From a virus (taxonomy: Duplodnaviria; Caudoviricetes): a stretch of 64,000 bases of DNA. The notes beneath the pieces were generated by a model. That model was not told the DNA's origin. It ran no database searches and was given only the letters and a program-made list of their open reading frames with translations. The DNA lies in IMG/VR virus record IMGVR_UViG_3300040801_001355, positions 1 through 64,000 of that record. One strand, written 5' to 3'. This document shows, one piece after another, positions 47,901 through 57,553 of this stretch (the first letter of the stretch is position 1; each line of letters starts with the position of its first letter). A program made the position numbers and the translations under genes.

Positions 47901-50900
47901 GACAAGTTAGTTTACACGAGGGTATCCACGCAACCTTTCATCAACAGGTTATAGGAGACCCAAGGTTTTCGCTCGATATGGGTGAGGACGCGTTTCTAAA
48001 ATTGCGCGCACAAAAACATAATGAGTGGAAAGATAGTTTTTTATATGACACTAAATACCCACAAATCTTAGACGACGCTCAACAACAACTCTCAATTGCG
48101 CAAAGCCAAAACGCCATGGGGCTTGAGAACCAGGCTGAAATTGATAGACTTAAATATATTAATAAGTGGCTTAATTACTCCAAGTCGCAGGGCGGGGATA
48201 TTGAGGAATTATTTACGGTATCTTTTAGTGACCCCGTTATAACGCAGTGGCTAAAAGGCAATGGGCATTACGCAGGAATAGAGGATTGGTGGCGTAATAA
48301 TATTAACGAATTATTGCCACAAGAGATGGCCAACGAGGCTCTTGGCCGTCGTGTCTTTATGTCAGGCGATTATCTTATGGTAGCCGCAGCCTTAGGACTT
48401 GGCTTAGACCCAGAAGATGAGCATGGCAATGACGTTGGATGGTTGCAAGTTGCTTTATTAGGCGCCGCATTTGGTGGTCGTTTACCTAAAGTTTTAAAGC
48501 AAAGGTTTAAGAACGCGTTTAAAAATAACTATGTTCCCGTAGAGATGGAGTCTAATAATTCTGACGCGCTTAGACGCTTACGCTTAAAAGAAAATTATAC
48601 TGAACTACCAACAGATGAACAGGCAAAATTAAACAACGAGTTACACAAGTCAGTTCAAAAAGATATTCAGACCGTCAATTCGTGGATGGATGCGGATAGC
48701 TGGAATCCATTGGCTCGTTTATACTCATCAAAGATGGAGAGCGTCCTGACAAAATCAGGCGTGCAAGATGGGCGGCACACACTGACGGGACAAGAAAAGC
48801 CAATTGGCCCCACGGAATTAGCTATGCGTCGAGAAGAAGGTAGGCAAGCAGCGTATCAAATGCAAGGCAAAGTTACTGAGGCAGATTTGGAGTGGCGTAA
48901 TTTTACCACTGATAAAAAGATGCGTGGCGCTGTAATAGATGCCTCGTATAATATACATGGTCGCTTAGTTGAAAAAGAGTTACAAGGAGACTGGGACTTT
49001 AATGATTTAACTGCCGACCAACAAATGCAAGTTGACTTAATAATTGCCGACGAACTTAATAAAGCAGCGAACAAGCACGGCGTTAATAATATAGCTGAAC
49101 TACAAACCTCTTATGATTTATATCGTAAGTATCAAGATGTGTTGACTGAGTTTGAAGCTAATGCTGCGACGATGAAAAATTACGGTCAAAGCTACGAAGA
49201 CTTTAAGACGGAGACTATCGGTGAAACCGCGCCGAATAATATACTTATTGAACAGCAGCAAACAGCAATTAAGTTGAAGCGCGATGAATTACGTGCTAAA
49301 GAAAAAGATTTAGCTAACGTAAAAACTCAAAAAAAGGCGGCTGATAAATTAGTTGAAGAGCACGCTAAAAACCCTGCTGACTACACGCCTCAACAAAAGT
49401 TACAGGCAAAGCGTATACAATTGGCCGCTGATAAATGGCTTGAAGAAGTGAAAGAAGAAGTTAAGATTGCACGCGCCCAATTAAATGCGTTGCGCCGAGA
49501 CCCTGTATATGGTATCGCAAAAGAAAAAAGAAAGTTTGCTAAGATTTTATTTAATACGGTAGAAAAACGTTCGCCTAATACACAGTATATTGATAGGCAT
49601 ACAGCGTCACGCCGTAAGAAGCCATACACAATAGTAATATCTGAGATAGACCCTGAAACAGGTAAGCTTGTTAAGCCAAGTGAGTCTCGTATCAAATTGA
49701 TTGAAACATTTGGCACACAAAATCAACAGACAAATTACGAAACTGACGCAATTGTAGATGGCAAACTACGCTACATTACGCTACCTGATGGGACAAGAGG
49801 TCGCGAATACAATGTTGATGGTGAATGGGTTCCAGTGAAGTGGGACCCATTTAACGCAACTGAACGTAGGCGCTCAACCCAACAAGCTATCAACGTATCT
49901 ATCCAACAAGTGTTACGCAACTTAGGGATGGTAGATGGTTCGTTAACTTCAAAAGATATGGCGGCGCTACATAAGAGCTTATCGACGCTTAGTAATAATA
50001 TACAAAAGTCCTATGCTCATGGTCTTGATGTTGAGGAATCTGACATAGCCGCACAAGCAGCTGCGTTAGAAGAGTTACTTGGCCCAGTGTTAGAAACTGG
50101 CGTGTTAAATAACTCTGAGTCTATCAACAATATCTTTTATATATTAAACCATATTCAAAAATCTACGTTAGGCCGCTCAGTTAAGAGTAAGAATTATCAA
50201 ACCAAATCTATAGTAGATGGGTACACTGCGAACGATTGGTACAAGTGGCATCAAGAGACTTCTGACATTAAGATGAATGTATATGCTAACGACATGATAG
50301 ATGGCGCTTATGAAGCTGAACTCATGCGACAAATGAATGCACTCGGTGATAACGGGTTGACCCGCACGCCTTATTTTGATTGGTTGTTTAGAGAGTATAG
50401 TGATGCAAAGTACATAATGTCGCCAACAGCAAACGATAACGCATGGTATAAAAATGCCCTGCACAACGGCGTCTCTCTTTTAACAGGAGCAACGCTTGCT
50501 TTATCTCCTGGCTCTGCTATACGCAATACTTACCAAGGTATCGTCGGAGATATTATGTCGCCTACAGCAGAGGCACGGTCGCGTTGGATAGATGGCTTAG
50601 TAAATGAAGCGTCTATGAGAGTGAAGTCAGCTAAGCATACCTTCGATATTTATCGCAAGAAAGCAACGGGCAATGTTAGCCAAGCAGAATTAGACCAAGC
50701 CTATGAAGACGCAGTAAAAGCAGCGACTTCTACCGACGCTCTATTTACTGACCCACAATTCCATGACGCAGTTGATGAAGCAGTACTACGTAGAATTATG
50801 CAAGTAGGCATAGCGGACGACGACCCGTCGTCTCACTTGCTTGGTTCAAAGACTGTGCGAGAAGGCGTGCAAGGTGTGCTCATCTTAACACGTATAACTG

Positions 50901-52513
50901 ATTACGCAAACCGTATGTCTGCTGCGATGATAGGAGCAAGACACTGGATGGTTAGCAACCCGTACGACCCGAAGCTACATGGTTCTGTTCAAGATTATAT
51001 TGAAACCGCGGCTACAATCGGAGGGTTAAAAGCTAACACGGTCAACGGCCGTTATGGAATTAACGATATGTCTCCTGCTATTAGACCTTTCGCTCGTCAT
51101 TGGTTACTACGTAATACTCTGACAATGTGGAAGCCCGCTATCAAAGCAATGGAAAACTGGAATCGTGCTATCATTAATATCAAACCATTCGCAAAGAGCC
51201 GACCACATTTAGGCAAAGCCTTTGCCACGTTAGCCGCCGCACAAGCAGCCGCGTTATTATTTGGCGGTGTCAAAGCAGCGTACTTATATGGCGATATTAA
51301 AAATATATTAGATAACTTTGACGAGTTAGCCGACAACATAGCGAATGAAGCGGGGGAAATCAAGGAAGGTTTTTCTGAGAAATTGTGGAACGAGATATAT
51401 GCCGCGGCTAAAAAGCACGGCATCTCTAAAGATTATGTAGACGCAGCTCGCTTAACGTTTGAATACGGCGCACTATCAGCGTGGTTTAATGTCAACTTAG
51501 CAGCTGACGAAACCTTGGGTGGATATGCAGAGCCGTTTAATTTAAGTAAAATGGTGCGCATTATAGACGCTGCATGGGAGGGCATCGACAAGAGTGAAGA
51601 GAACGCAATTTTAAACGGGCTATTTAAAGCTGGGCTGGAAGCAGCAGGTGGTCGCGTTAAAGGTTTTTATAATGGTATAGTCCAAATACAAGATGGTTAT
51701 CATCAAACTAAAAATGGCGACAGAATTACAGAGGCTTTCTTGACTGAGGACGGCAAGGTAGAGGCAAGATACGTACCATATACCATGCAAGACTTGCTCG
51801 CAGAAGTTTTCTTTGGCAATCAACTGAAAGAAACAGACGCCAATATGCGTAGTTACTTAGACGAAAACCCATTATATACTTTGGAACAGAAGGTTGCATA
51901 CGCAAATAAAATACTTAATGCGTCGGGTATCAAGATGGCTGGTTCATCAGACACAGAATTGAAGCGTGAGTTTATTAAGAAGAGTGGTATCATCCACCAC
52001 ATAGAAGACGTACGCGCCAAAATCTTAGATAAATTTGAAGAGGCCGCGCCTAAGATTAAAGCGTCACGCATCAAACTCAGCGAGTGGTTCGATAGCGAGG
52101 AGGGCCGCGCAACACTCATGGGTCAGAACGACCAGATGGGGCCAGCGACTAACAGAGAAATGCAGCAAATCAAAAGCGCCTTATACAACGACGTCAACGC
52201 CTTTTACATTGACAAGATAGTAGCCGACGCGTTGAATGAAGTGGTACAGGAAAATGGATTACGCGAAAAATTTACAAATAGAATAAATGTACCTAAAGGT
52301 CAACCGCTATTTACTTATTTGTTTACAAGCAATCAATTGGCTATTTCAGAAACAGCGTTTTATGACGAGATAAAAAGTGGTGGCGGAGATATTAAGAAAA
52401 CATTAGAAAAATATTATCAGTCAGAATATGGTGGCTTTGATTACGTCGTTGCTAAAACAAAAGCAAAGCTAAAACAAAAGCAATATAAAATAGAACGATT
52501 AGGAATAGATTAA
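44948..52513 (+). CDS. giant (2521 aa) ejection/polyvalent protein with a zincin-like HExxH motif
   Basis: Ala/Gly-rich TM-like stretches; SLHEGIHA at about aa 990 and a downstream IEELF; long helical regions. Confidence 0.75.
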   Translation: MSINSNYQALQPTSWLEEEREKEKKRRDSIRQTEEYRSIYGGDSLAAPPTPSMDLTGGADEGPSWLNPRPQDQVRQRRASVFDIIKNTQSVFNPDAKPLGYGTESVEMNNIRRLAADGQITITDNGDIFRNYLDDDGNVQRETIPTHYVDTNEGKVKPYSYTDEDKKEWWELAPKLITHTNPLTAPIAMGLDAITKSTTGQIDAEQFETKARQETPKQLDDEASLNTAVEHFMVNPVEKVADAFMSIGTTGRQQGDVDLFKSGEGSKYNTYQAVGAIANDVTTALTAGVVATVATGGVATTALASAIPSIRATWHDVASGKMTTTGGVEQTLIDVTTSWGGLKVAKALGPASRAGRQAITKAAEAGYNPFLTAYKNGMRYVIAPNAINFGVDAAGGAATAAINISQTQDVNLQDAEQQKAIALQALLEGGLGLSLGIIMDAVDVGKISRSIKNNKANTPPVPEDRSVKEKLDDLRRQQNADKDDGNLDANIRDAVAQRLIWEPNLTYDPDAIATSLINDFNIQPSKHGLLVEHVTHAMEAQKLLANIKSSADAKLGLADEPIAQYVTDEVVATASAIKPNSKVLKNSDFVATEQLLSGKEPTEELQRQSFRELNNMSNLMYGRGIAADNAGDLLSDMDSFSKGAVPSNYIPPSNSYYGQAFDQLNTVEGLDETVSQGALELMARGEVSQLLNQQFDVLQEIGLSAEDAGDILKHAYLGLDKDMPNSADFFDTINKAIQKDGELRTLVDIDNKLSDHIDDNHELYDIYGDNLLRIVQREPGLSFVQTPDPATEAAIQVEPTPAESQVLDEATTKIVNDNVDAMSPEAKEDVATNLKNLESDKVGGEDAAKETTDFLSGSPKREENVAKYEAAQNDASNQAEETTNRHNLTQNRDNKMMQLWNDWVNKRRTKKFWGAFGKDLEIDDDSEGAWDYTFGRDITGVFEPTANWPYGLVAIRTKNASNIKFPTLTDAGISSPPLTIGNETRQVSLHEGIHATFHQQVIGDPRFSLDMGEDAFLKLRAQKHNEWKDSFLYDTKYPQILDDAQQQLSIAQSQNAMGLENQAEIDRLKYINKWLNYSKSQGGDIEELFTVSFSDPVITQWLKGNGHYAGIEDWWRNNINELLPQEMANEALGRRVFMSGDYLMVAAALGLGLDPEDEHGNDVGWLQVALLGAAFGGRLPKVLKQRFKNAFKNNYVPVEMESNNSDALRRLRLKENYTELPTDEQAKLNNELHKSVQKDIQTVNSWMDADSWNPLARLYSSKMESVLTKSGVQDGRHTLTGQEKPIGPTELAMRREEGRQAAYQMQGKVTEADLEWRNFTTDKKMRGAVIDASYNIHGRLVEKELQGDWDFNDLTADQQMQVDLIIADELNKAANKHGVNNIAELQTSYDLYRKYQDVLTEFEANAATMKNYGQSYEDFKTETIGETAPNNILIEQQQTAIKLKRDELRAKEKDLANVKTQKKAADKLVEEHAKNPADYTPQQKLQAKRIQLAADKWLEEVKEEVKIARAQLNALRRDPVYGIAKEKRKFAKILFNTVEKRSPNTQYIDRHTASRRKKPYTIVISEIDPETGKLVKPSESRIKLIETFGTQNQQTNYETDAIVDGKLRYITLPDGTRGREYNVDGEWVPVKWDPFNATERRRSTQQAINVSIQQVLRNLGMVDGSLTSKDMAALHKSLSTLSNNIQKSYAHGLDVEESDIAAQAAALEELLGPVLETGVLNNSESINNIFYILNHIQKSTLGRSVKSKNYQTKSIVDGYTANDWYKWHQETSDIKMNVYANDMIDGAYEAELMRQMNALGDNGLTRTPYFDWLFREYSDAKYIMSPTANDNAWYKNALHNGVSLLTGATLALSPGSAIRNTYQGIVGDIMSPTAEARSRWIDGLVNEASMRVKSAKHTFDIYRKKATGNVSQAELDQAYEDAVKAATSTDALFTDPQFHDAVDEAVLRRIMQVGIADDDPSSHLLGSKTVREGVQGVLILTRITDYANRMSAAMIGARHWMVSNPYDPKLHGSVQDYIETAATIGGLKANTVNGRYGINDMSPAIRPFARHWLLRNTLTMWKPAIKAMENWNRAIINIKPFAKSRPHLGKAFATLAAAQAAALLFGGVKAAYLYGDIKNILDNFDELADNIANEAGEIKEGFSEKLWNEIYAAAKKHGISKDYVDAARLTFEYGALSAWFNVNLAADETLGGYAEPFNLSKMVRIIDAAWEGIDKSEENAILNGLFKAGLEAAGGRVKGFYNGIVQIQDGYHQTKNGDRITEAFLTEDGKVEARYVPYTMQDLLAEVFFGNQLKETDANMRSYLDENPLYTLEQKVAYANKILNASGIKMAGSSDTELKREFIKKSGIIHHIEDVRAKILDKFEEAAPKIKASRIKLSEWFDSEEGRATLMGQNDQMGPATNREMQQIKSALYNDVNAFYIDKIVADALNEVVQENGLREKFTNRINVPKGQPLFTYLFTSNQLAISETAFYDEIKSGGGDIKKTLEKYYQSEYGGFDYVVAKTKAKLKQKQYKIERLGID

Positions 52514-52707
52514 TGCAGTGGTACACATATAAAGTTGTAGAAAATAGCGAGGGTTCTACGCTTTTATATTGTGAAAAAGGCGAGCACTTTATGCGCATCA
52601 ATTTTTGTTTAGATGCGTCACAAGAATACACGCAGGAAGACATCGAGAAAAAAAGGAGGCTATATGAAAACGGGTGCCGACAAGACGAGCAAGGATTTAG
52701 AGAGTGA
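52513..52707 (+). CDS. small hypothetical protein
   Basis: TAATG coupling to the giant gene. Confidence 0.5.
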   Translation: MQWYTYKVVENSEGSTLLYCEKGEHFMRINFCLDASQEYTQEDIEKKRRLYENGCRQDEQGFRE

Positions 52708-53431
52708 ACTATTATCTTTACACTCATTAAAAAAAGACAAGGCTGTCGACGAGCTGCTACAATATCTTCGCATTGGGGAGACGCTGGGCAACTCACGCAT
52801 GAGAGCTACATATAAAGAGTTAGCTCAGAAGTATAAGATAAGCGCATTCATATTAAAGAGAGCGCAGACAGTAGCTAAAGAGTACAACGGCAAGTGGCAT
52901 GAGGCTATACAACACTTCCAAGCATCAAGGTTTCACGACCCAAGCCAATGGCTTATATCTAACTACGATAAAATCATAGAGCGTGATGGGCGCAATCGTT
53001 ATGCCAGGCCTGAACGTAAAGCTGGCCAGGATATAAAGAGGAACAGCGAAGTTATCAGAGCTTCTTTAATTAAGATGGGTCATATGTCACGTGAAGACGG
53101 CGACGAAGGAGCAAGGCGCAAAGCAAGAAGCGTTTTGTATGATGCGTCAAGATTAATATCGAGATACATACCGCCAAGGATACAAACTCAAGAAGAGCGT
53201 GACCTTATTAAGTACATGCCGTGTAGTTCATGCGGCAATCCTGACCCGCCTCAAGATGGTTTTAAGTTGTTTAAGGTTAAGGGTTATATGCCGTATGGTG
53301 TATGTGATGAGTGTTTAGAAAAAAGCGAGGGCACAACAGAAGATATGATTGACTGGTCAATATTGGCTAACAACTACTATGTATACGCGCGTCAATTGGA
53401 GCACGACATTAATCTTATACCAGGGTTGTAA
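52664..53431 (+). CDS. hypothetical protein with C-terminal CxxC...CxxC zinc finger (weakly NinG-like)
   Basis: SD ggagg before ATG 52664; MPCSSCG...VCDEC. Confidence 0.6.
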   Translation: MKTGADKTSKDLESELLSLHSLKKDKAVDELLQYLRIGETLGNSRMRATYKELAQKYKISAFILKRAQTVAKEYNGKWHEAIQHFQASRFHDPSQWLISNYDKIIERDGRNRYARPERKAGQDIKRNSEVIRASLIKMGHMSREDGDEGARRKARSVLYDASRLISRYIPPRIQTQEERDLIKYMPCSSCGNPDPPQDGFKLFKVKGYMPYGVCDECLEKSEGTTEDMIDWSILANNYYVYARQLEHDINLIPGL

Positions 53432-53859
53432 TGGTTACGCAAGATACAGAGATAGCTGTTAGTTTAAATACTATACAAAAGTTACGCTACATTGCTACAT
53501 TATTAGAAGATGTGTTAGGCGTAGCTTTAGATGAAGTGCAAACGCTGGGCTACCTCGTGCATAATATTAACTTCTTAACTATACCGCATGGCTTTCAAGA
53601 GCTGGTATATGCTACTGAGTTATCGGATTACCTTGCTAATAGACGCACAAGTAAAGAGCAGAAATTCACGGGATTAGTTAAGTTAAATCTTACGTCTAAT
53701 ATATATAATAAAATGACAATCAAAACGCGCGAGCTTGACCCGAATACTACGTATACGCATTCAATGATGGCAGGGATATGGGCAGCTTATGGCAAGCCAG
53801 TTGTCGAAAGGATACATCGTAAGTATATAGCGCAGGAGAAATTTAATAATGGAAATTAA
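53431..53859 (+). CDS. hypothetical protein
   Basis: TAATG coupling. Confidence 0.65.
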   Translation: MVTQDTEIAVSLNTIQKLRYIATLLEDVLGVALDEVQTLGYLVHNINFLTIPHGFQELVYATELSDYLANRRTSKEQKFTGLVKLNLTSNIYNKMTIKTRELDPNTTYTHSMMAGIWAAYGKPVVERIHRKYIAQEKFNNGN

Positions 53860-54100
53860 TATCAAGTTAATAGTGTCGCCGCCATTTATGAATATAACAA
53901 TTCAATCACCTGGTCGCACTATTACGTTAAGCAATGCAGAAGATAAGCCGTTTGAAAGGACGGTTAAAATATTACAAGACTTAATCTATACATCGTGCAG
54001 ACGCGCAACACCGCACGCCCGCAACAGACTGTATGTACGCACCATCAATGAATTAAAATCAATGGAATCCTATCGTAAGAGGCGATGGCGGAACAAATAA
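53849..54100 (+). CDS. hypothetical basic protein
   Basis: SD aggag; 3' end overlaps the convergent HTH gene by 42 nt. Confidence 0.6.
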   Translation: MEINIKLIVSPPFMNITIQSPGRTITLSNAEDKPFERTVKILQDLIYTSCRRATPHARNRLYVRTINELKSMESYRKRRWRNK

Positions 54101-54367
54101 ATTATACTCAGCCTCTATTAATTTAATAATAAACCTACGTGCTTTAACGTAGGCTTTGCCGCCTTTGTCCATTATTAATAAGTCCCAATAGACTTCAGGT
54201 ATTGATAAGTGTTGTAGTATTTTTTCTTTATCGAACGGCATTATATTTGTACGCCCATTCTCTAAGTTTCTGTATCTATGTGGACTCATATGTATTTTAT
54301 GAGCCATATCTTGCGGCGTCAAATTACATTGACGTCGTAAATATTGTAAAATCTCTGACTCTTTCAT
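54059..54367 (-). CDS. XRE/Cro-like HTH transcriptional regulator
   Basis: LRRQCNLTPQDMAHKIHMSPHRYRNLENGRTN. Confidence 0.85.
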   Translation of the reverse strand: MKESEILQYLRRQCNLTPQDMAHKIHMSPHRYRNLENGRTNIMPFDKEKILQHLSIPEVYWDLLIMDKGGKAYVKARRFIIKLIEAEYNLFVPPSPLTIGFH

Positions 54368-54437
54368 TTCAATCTCCTGTTTAAGTTTCGTGTAACCACC
54401 AGATAAACAAAATACTACGTTATTGCATCAAGCAAGC

Positions 54438-55076
54438 CTACTTGCTTGGGTCGTTTTGTCTTTGTATTCCCATAGCCGTTTCAAGTATCGTTCTGCCAGC
54501 TTCGTAATCAACCAAGTTTCGAGCGATTTTATCCGTTCTTTGATTGCCTTTGTATTTGTAAAAATCAAATTCGTGAAATGCACACCACTTACTTACTTCA
54601 TCTTTGCCCCCCATTATTGGGGATTTACGCTCATTCAAATTAGTAGGTAAATTAAAATTAGTCCAATACAGGTGTCTGCCTCGCTTTGTAGCAGGTATTA
54701 ATGGCTCGTAATAGGGCGTTACATTCTCAACCACATATTTGCCATCAAACCACTTATCCAAGAATATAATTTCTTGATAAAGTTTCATATCAGGATACGT
54801 ACTTTCTGTTGTATTTCTTCTTGCAAATCTCGCTCGGCTATGTGTCGAGCAAGGTGGAGAACTCCATATAAAATCAAAGTCTTTATAATTATCCAATAGG
54901 TATTGGTGTGCATCAGCAACTATTACCGTATCATTAGGAAATCGCTCTTGGTATAATTTTGCCAGCTCTGTATCAAGTTCAACGGCTATTACTTCAATGT
55001 TATCCGCAACTTCATCCCACTTGTAACGGTTCCCGCCCAAGCAAGCATAAAGATTTAATATTCTGTATTTCTTCAT
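54438..55076 (-). CDS. DNA cytosine-C5 methyltransferase (compact phage type)
   Basis: Motif I-like LNLYACLGGN, motif IV SSPPC, motif VI VVENV. Confidence 0.8.
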   Translation of the reverse strand: MKKYRILNLYACLGGNRYKWDEVADNIEVIAVELDTELAKLYQERFPNDTVIVADAHQYLLDNYKDFDFIWSSPPCSTHSRARFARRNTTESTYPDMKLYQEIIFLDKWFDGKYVVENVTPYYEPLIPATKRGRHLYWTNFNLPTNLNERKSPIMGGKDEVSKWCAFHEFDFYKYKGNQRTDKIARNLVDYEAGRTILETAMGIQRQNDPSK

Positions 55077-55117
55077 AGGCAACTTCTTCAAGTTCTTTGT
55101 CAAATGTTAGCTTCATA

Positions 55118-55423
55118 TCAATCACGTACCTCCCAGACGCCGCTATGATACCAATGCCATAAAGGCTCTCCGCCAAAGGTAGCGACTAATCTTTTGCCGT
55201 AAGGTGGCGTACCATCTTCTTCGTCGTTAGCTTCTTCTATTATATCTCTTACGTCGTCCGATACCATTAACACGTACCTCTCCCAATTCTCGTCTATATC
55301 ATTAAGATTTTTCTCTGGTTCAGCAGCTGATTTAATAAACGCCCTCTCGTCTAATGCTACGTACACCTCGTGTTTATCTGGGTGTGTATATCTTTTATCT
55401 TTTTGACGTGTCTTTAATTTCAT
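55118..55423 (-). CDS. hypothetical protein
   Basis: SD aggaggag. Confidence 0.7.
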   Translation of the reverse strand: MKLKTRQKDKRYTHPDKHEVYVALDERAFIKSAAEPEKNLNDIDENWERYVLMVSDDVRDIIEEANDEEDGTPPYGKRLVATFGGEPLWHWYHSGVWEVRD

Positions 55424-55442
55424 CGCTCAATCTCCTCCTAAT

Positions 55443-55467
55443 AAAAAGCCACGCTGTTAACGTGGCT
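55443..55467 (-). terminator. intrinsic terminator
   Basis: agccacg-N7-cgtggct stem followed by a T-tract on the minus strand. Confidence 0.65.
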
Positions 55468-55476
55468 ATATTTTTT

Positions 55477-56034
55477 TTAATCTGTTTCTTTGACGCGTTG
55501 CCAAATGTCTTCGGTCAACGTCCAGCTTAACAGATAAATGTAAGTGAGTATCTTATAGACAATCTCATCTATCATTTTCTCTGTCAAGTTTCTTGTGTTA
55601 AACTCTTTATCGTGCTTTAAATACTCAAGTATAGAGGCGCTGTGCTTACTCATGTTGCCTTGCATCGCATCTAACGGAGTGGTCGCCCCGCCGCTTTGTG
55701 ATGCCTGTAACCAGAAGTTGTTAAATCTATCGCCGCCATCTTGCGTGTACTCTTTTGCTTTACCCATAGTTCTGTCGTTGATTAGCTGCAATACTTTATC
55801 AAAGACAACCGCAAAAGCCTCTTGCGTCATAGTCACGCCTTCTGTTTCAAAGTCTGCGAGAGCGCGTTTACTTGTTACAAGTGGAGTCACTTCGTTAATG
55901 AGCATGAGTATGTCGCCTATGTTCTCGCTATTATACTCGCCCTCTATCATCTGCGTTAACTTTAAGTAAGGTTTATTACGCGATGGTGCTAACGCTTCGT
56001 TAGCTTCACGCTTTTCACTATTCTTATCTGACAT
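55477..56034 (-). CDS. all-alpha MazG/nucleotide-modification-associated-like protein
   Basis: KAKEY...DRFNNF...GNMSKH...EKMIDEIVY pattern recalled from phage families. Confidence 0.45.
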   Translation of the reverse strand: MSDKNSEKREANEALAPSRNKPYLKLTQMIEGEYNSENIGDILMLINEVTPLVTSKRALADFETEGVTMTQEAFAVVFDKVLQLINDRTMGKAKEYTQDGGDRFNNFWLQASQSGGATTPLDAMQGNMSKHSASILEYLKHDKEFNTRNLTEKMIDEIVYKILTYIYLLSWTLTEDIWQRVKETD

Positions 56035-56047
56035 TTATCCTCCGTAA

Positions 56048-56458
56048 TTAAAATGGTACATCATCATCTTCTGTTGCCTGTGCTGACGCATCAGGCGCGG
56101 CTTTAGCATAAGAGTCGTCGTTGTTTTCTTGCCTACTTACGAACTGTATTTCATTAGCCTTGAGATATTTATATCTCTGCTTATTGCCATCGTCATCTGT
56201 GTACTCGTAACTTTCGTCTGGTCCAGCAACATATACCATGTCGCCTTTATTTATCTTCTCTACTTTACCGACCAACGGGCCAAAGACTGTGACGTTGTGC
56301 CATGTTACTTGTTCTACCCATTCGTCATTCTTATCTTTGTAGTATCTGTTAGTTGCCACAGTTAACTTCGCTTTCTGTGTGTCATTTTTACCGACTGTAA
56401 TCTCGGGTTGCATCCCTACGTTGCCAAGTATTTCTTTGCGGTTAATATTAATAGCCAT
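56048..56458 (-). CDS. ssb: single-stranded DNA-binding protein
   Basis: ILGNVG..PE, LTVATN, TWHNVTVFG, KGDMVYV.G, acidic DDDVPF tail. Confidence 0.95.
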   Translation of the reverse strand: MAININRKEILGNVGMQPEITVGKNDTQKAKLTVATNRYYKDKNDEWVEQVTWHNVTVFGPLVGKVEKINKGDMVYVAGPDESYEYTDDDGNKQRYKYLKANEIQFVSRQENNDDSYAKAAPDASAQATEDDDVPF

Positions 56459-56473
56459 TATAAACTCCTAAAA

Positions 56474-57553
56474 TTACTTAAATAAATTGCGCTTGATTCT
56501 AAACGACCTTGCGCCTGGTTCTTCTACTAAATACTTGCGATATAACTCTGCATTTTCAGCTTTAAAGCTATCCGCGTTAAACTTAAATTTGTTCTTGTTG
56601 TTTTTCAGTGTTGCATATACCGTGCCATCGTATGTCAATTCCTCTGCGTCTTCTAAATATATCTTTACGTCATCTTTTAATGCCGCTATCATACCACCTA
56701 TATCTTTAGCTTCCTGCTGCAAGTCGGCTGTAGCGTCGAGTATCTGTTGTTCAACCTCTTTTTGTTTATCTTCTAACTTTACGATAGCTTCGATTGGGTT
56801 TTGTGTTAACTCAGCTAAGTAATCCTGAGCTACTGTCAATGCGTCAGAATAAAAATCACTCAGGTCACGCTGCTTCTTAGGAACGGCAACAGAGTATCGT
56901 TGCTTCCATTCGTTAAGGTCATTAACGGGCGGTGGCTCTTCGGGTATTACATGACGATTCCAAAAGTCCTCCGCTAATTCTAACAGCAATTCAAATTTTT
57001 CTCTGTCAAATTGTACGGGGAATATTTTTAAATCATTATCTAATAACGCACATAGATGTGACTCTTCGTCAACCGCTATATCATCACCAAATAGCTTGTT
57101 GTATTGTTCAACGTAATCAATATATATACCCGTGTTCCACATTAATTGTGTAACGTACATATCAGGTGGCCCATCCTTCCACATATTTTGAACAGCATAG
57201 CCAACTGAGTTCTTATGTTCAACAACCCTGTGTTTGCCATCACTCAACACAACGATATTATCAGGCGTAGTGTGTGCCCAACTGTATCTTGGGTGCTTGA
57301 TAACTACGTCTTCTGACATATATAAATCGCAACCCATTTCTTCTGCGTATAACTGTGCGATAAAAGACTCGATGAACGAGCCTCTTCGCATAGCTATCGT
57401 CGGAGTAGTCTTAGTGCCATTCACTTTTCTATCCCACAATTCATAAGGCGTTTGATAGTGGTTCTCCCCTGTCAATATGCCAATCTCACTACCACCTATT
57501 GATGCGGCACGTGCCTTTAAAAACTTCTCTTCTTCTTCCCTTGTGCGTATCAT
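56474..57553 (-). CDS. YqaJ/lambda-exonuclease-like viral recombinase
   Basis: SIGGSEI, TPYELW, MRRG..IE, TTPD, VVEHKN, Y.TQL.W. Confidence 0.9.
   Translation of the reverse strand: MIRTREEEEKFLKARAASIGGSEIGILTGENHYQTPYELWDRKVNGTKTTPTIAMRRGSFIESFIAQLYAEEMGCDLYMSEDVVIKHPRYSWAHTTPDNIVVLSDGKHRVVEHKNSVGYAVQNMWKDGPPDMYVTQLMWNTGIYIDYVEQYNKLFGDDIAVDEESHLCALLDNDLKIFPVQFDREKFELLLELAEDFWNRHVIPEEPPPVNDLNEWKQRYSVAVPKKQRDLSDFYSDALTVAQDYLAELTQNPIEAIVKLEDKQKEVEQQILDATADLQQEAKDIGGMIAALKDDVKIYLEDAEELTYDGTVYATLKNNKNKFKFNADSFKAENAELYRKYLVEEPGARSFRIKRNLFK

Noticed and set aside
44948-52513. Virion RNA polymerase as in crAss-like or N4-like phages
   Set aside because: I found no DFDxD/NADFDGD or T7-type polymerase motifs, and late genes carry host-type promoters.
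8451-52513. Stop-codon reassignment as in some crAss-like phages
   Set aside because: Very long genes are uninterrupted and tile densely under the standard code.
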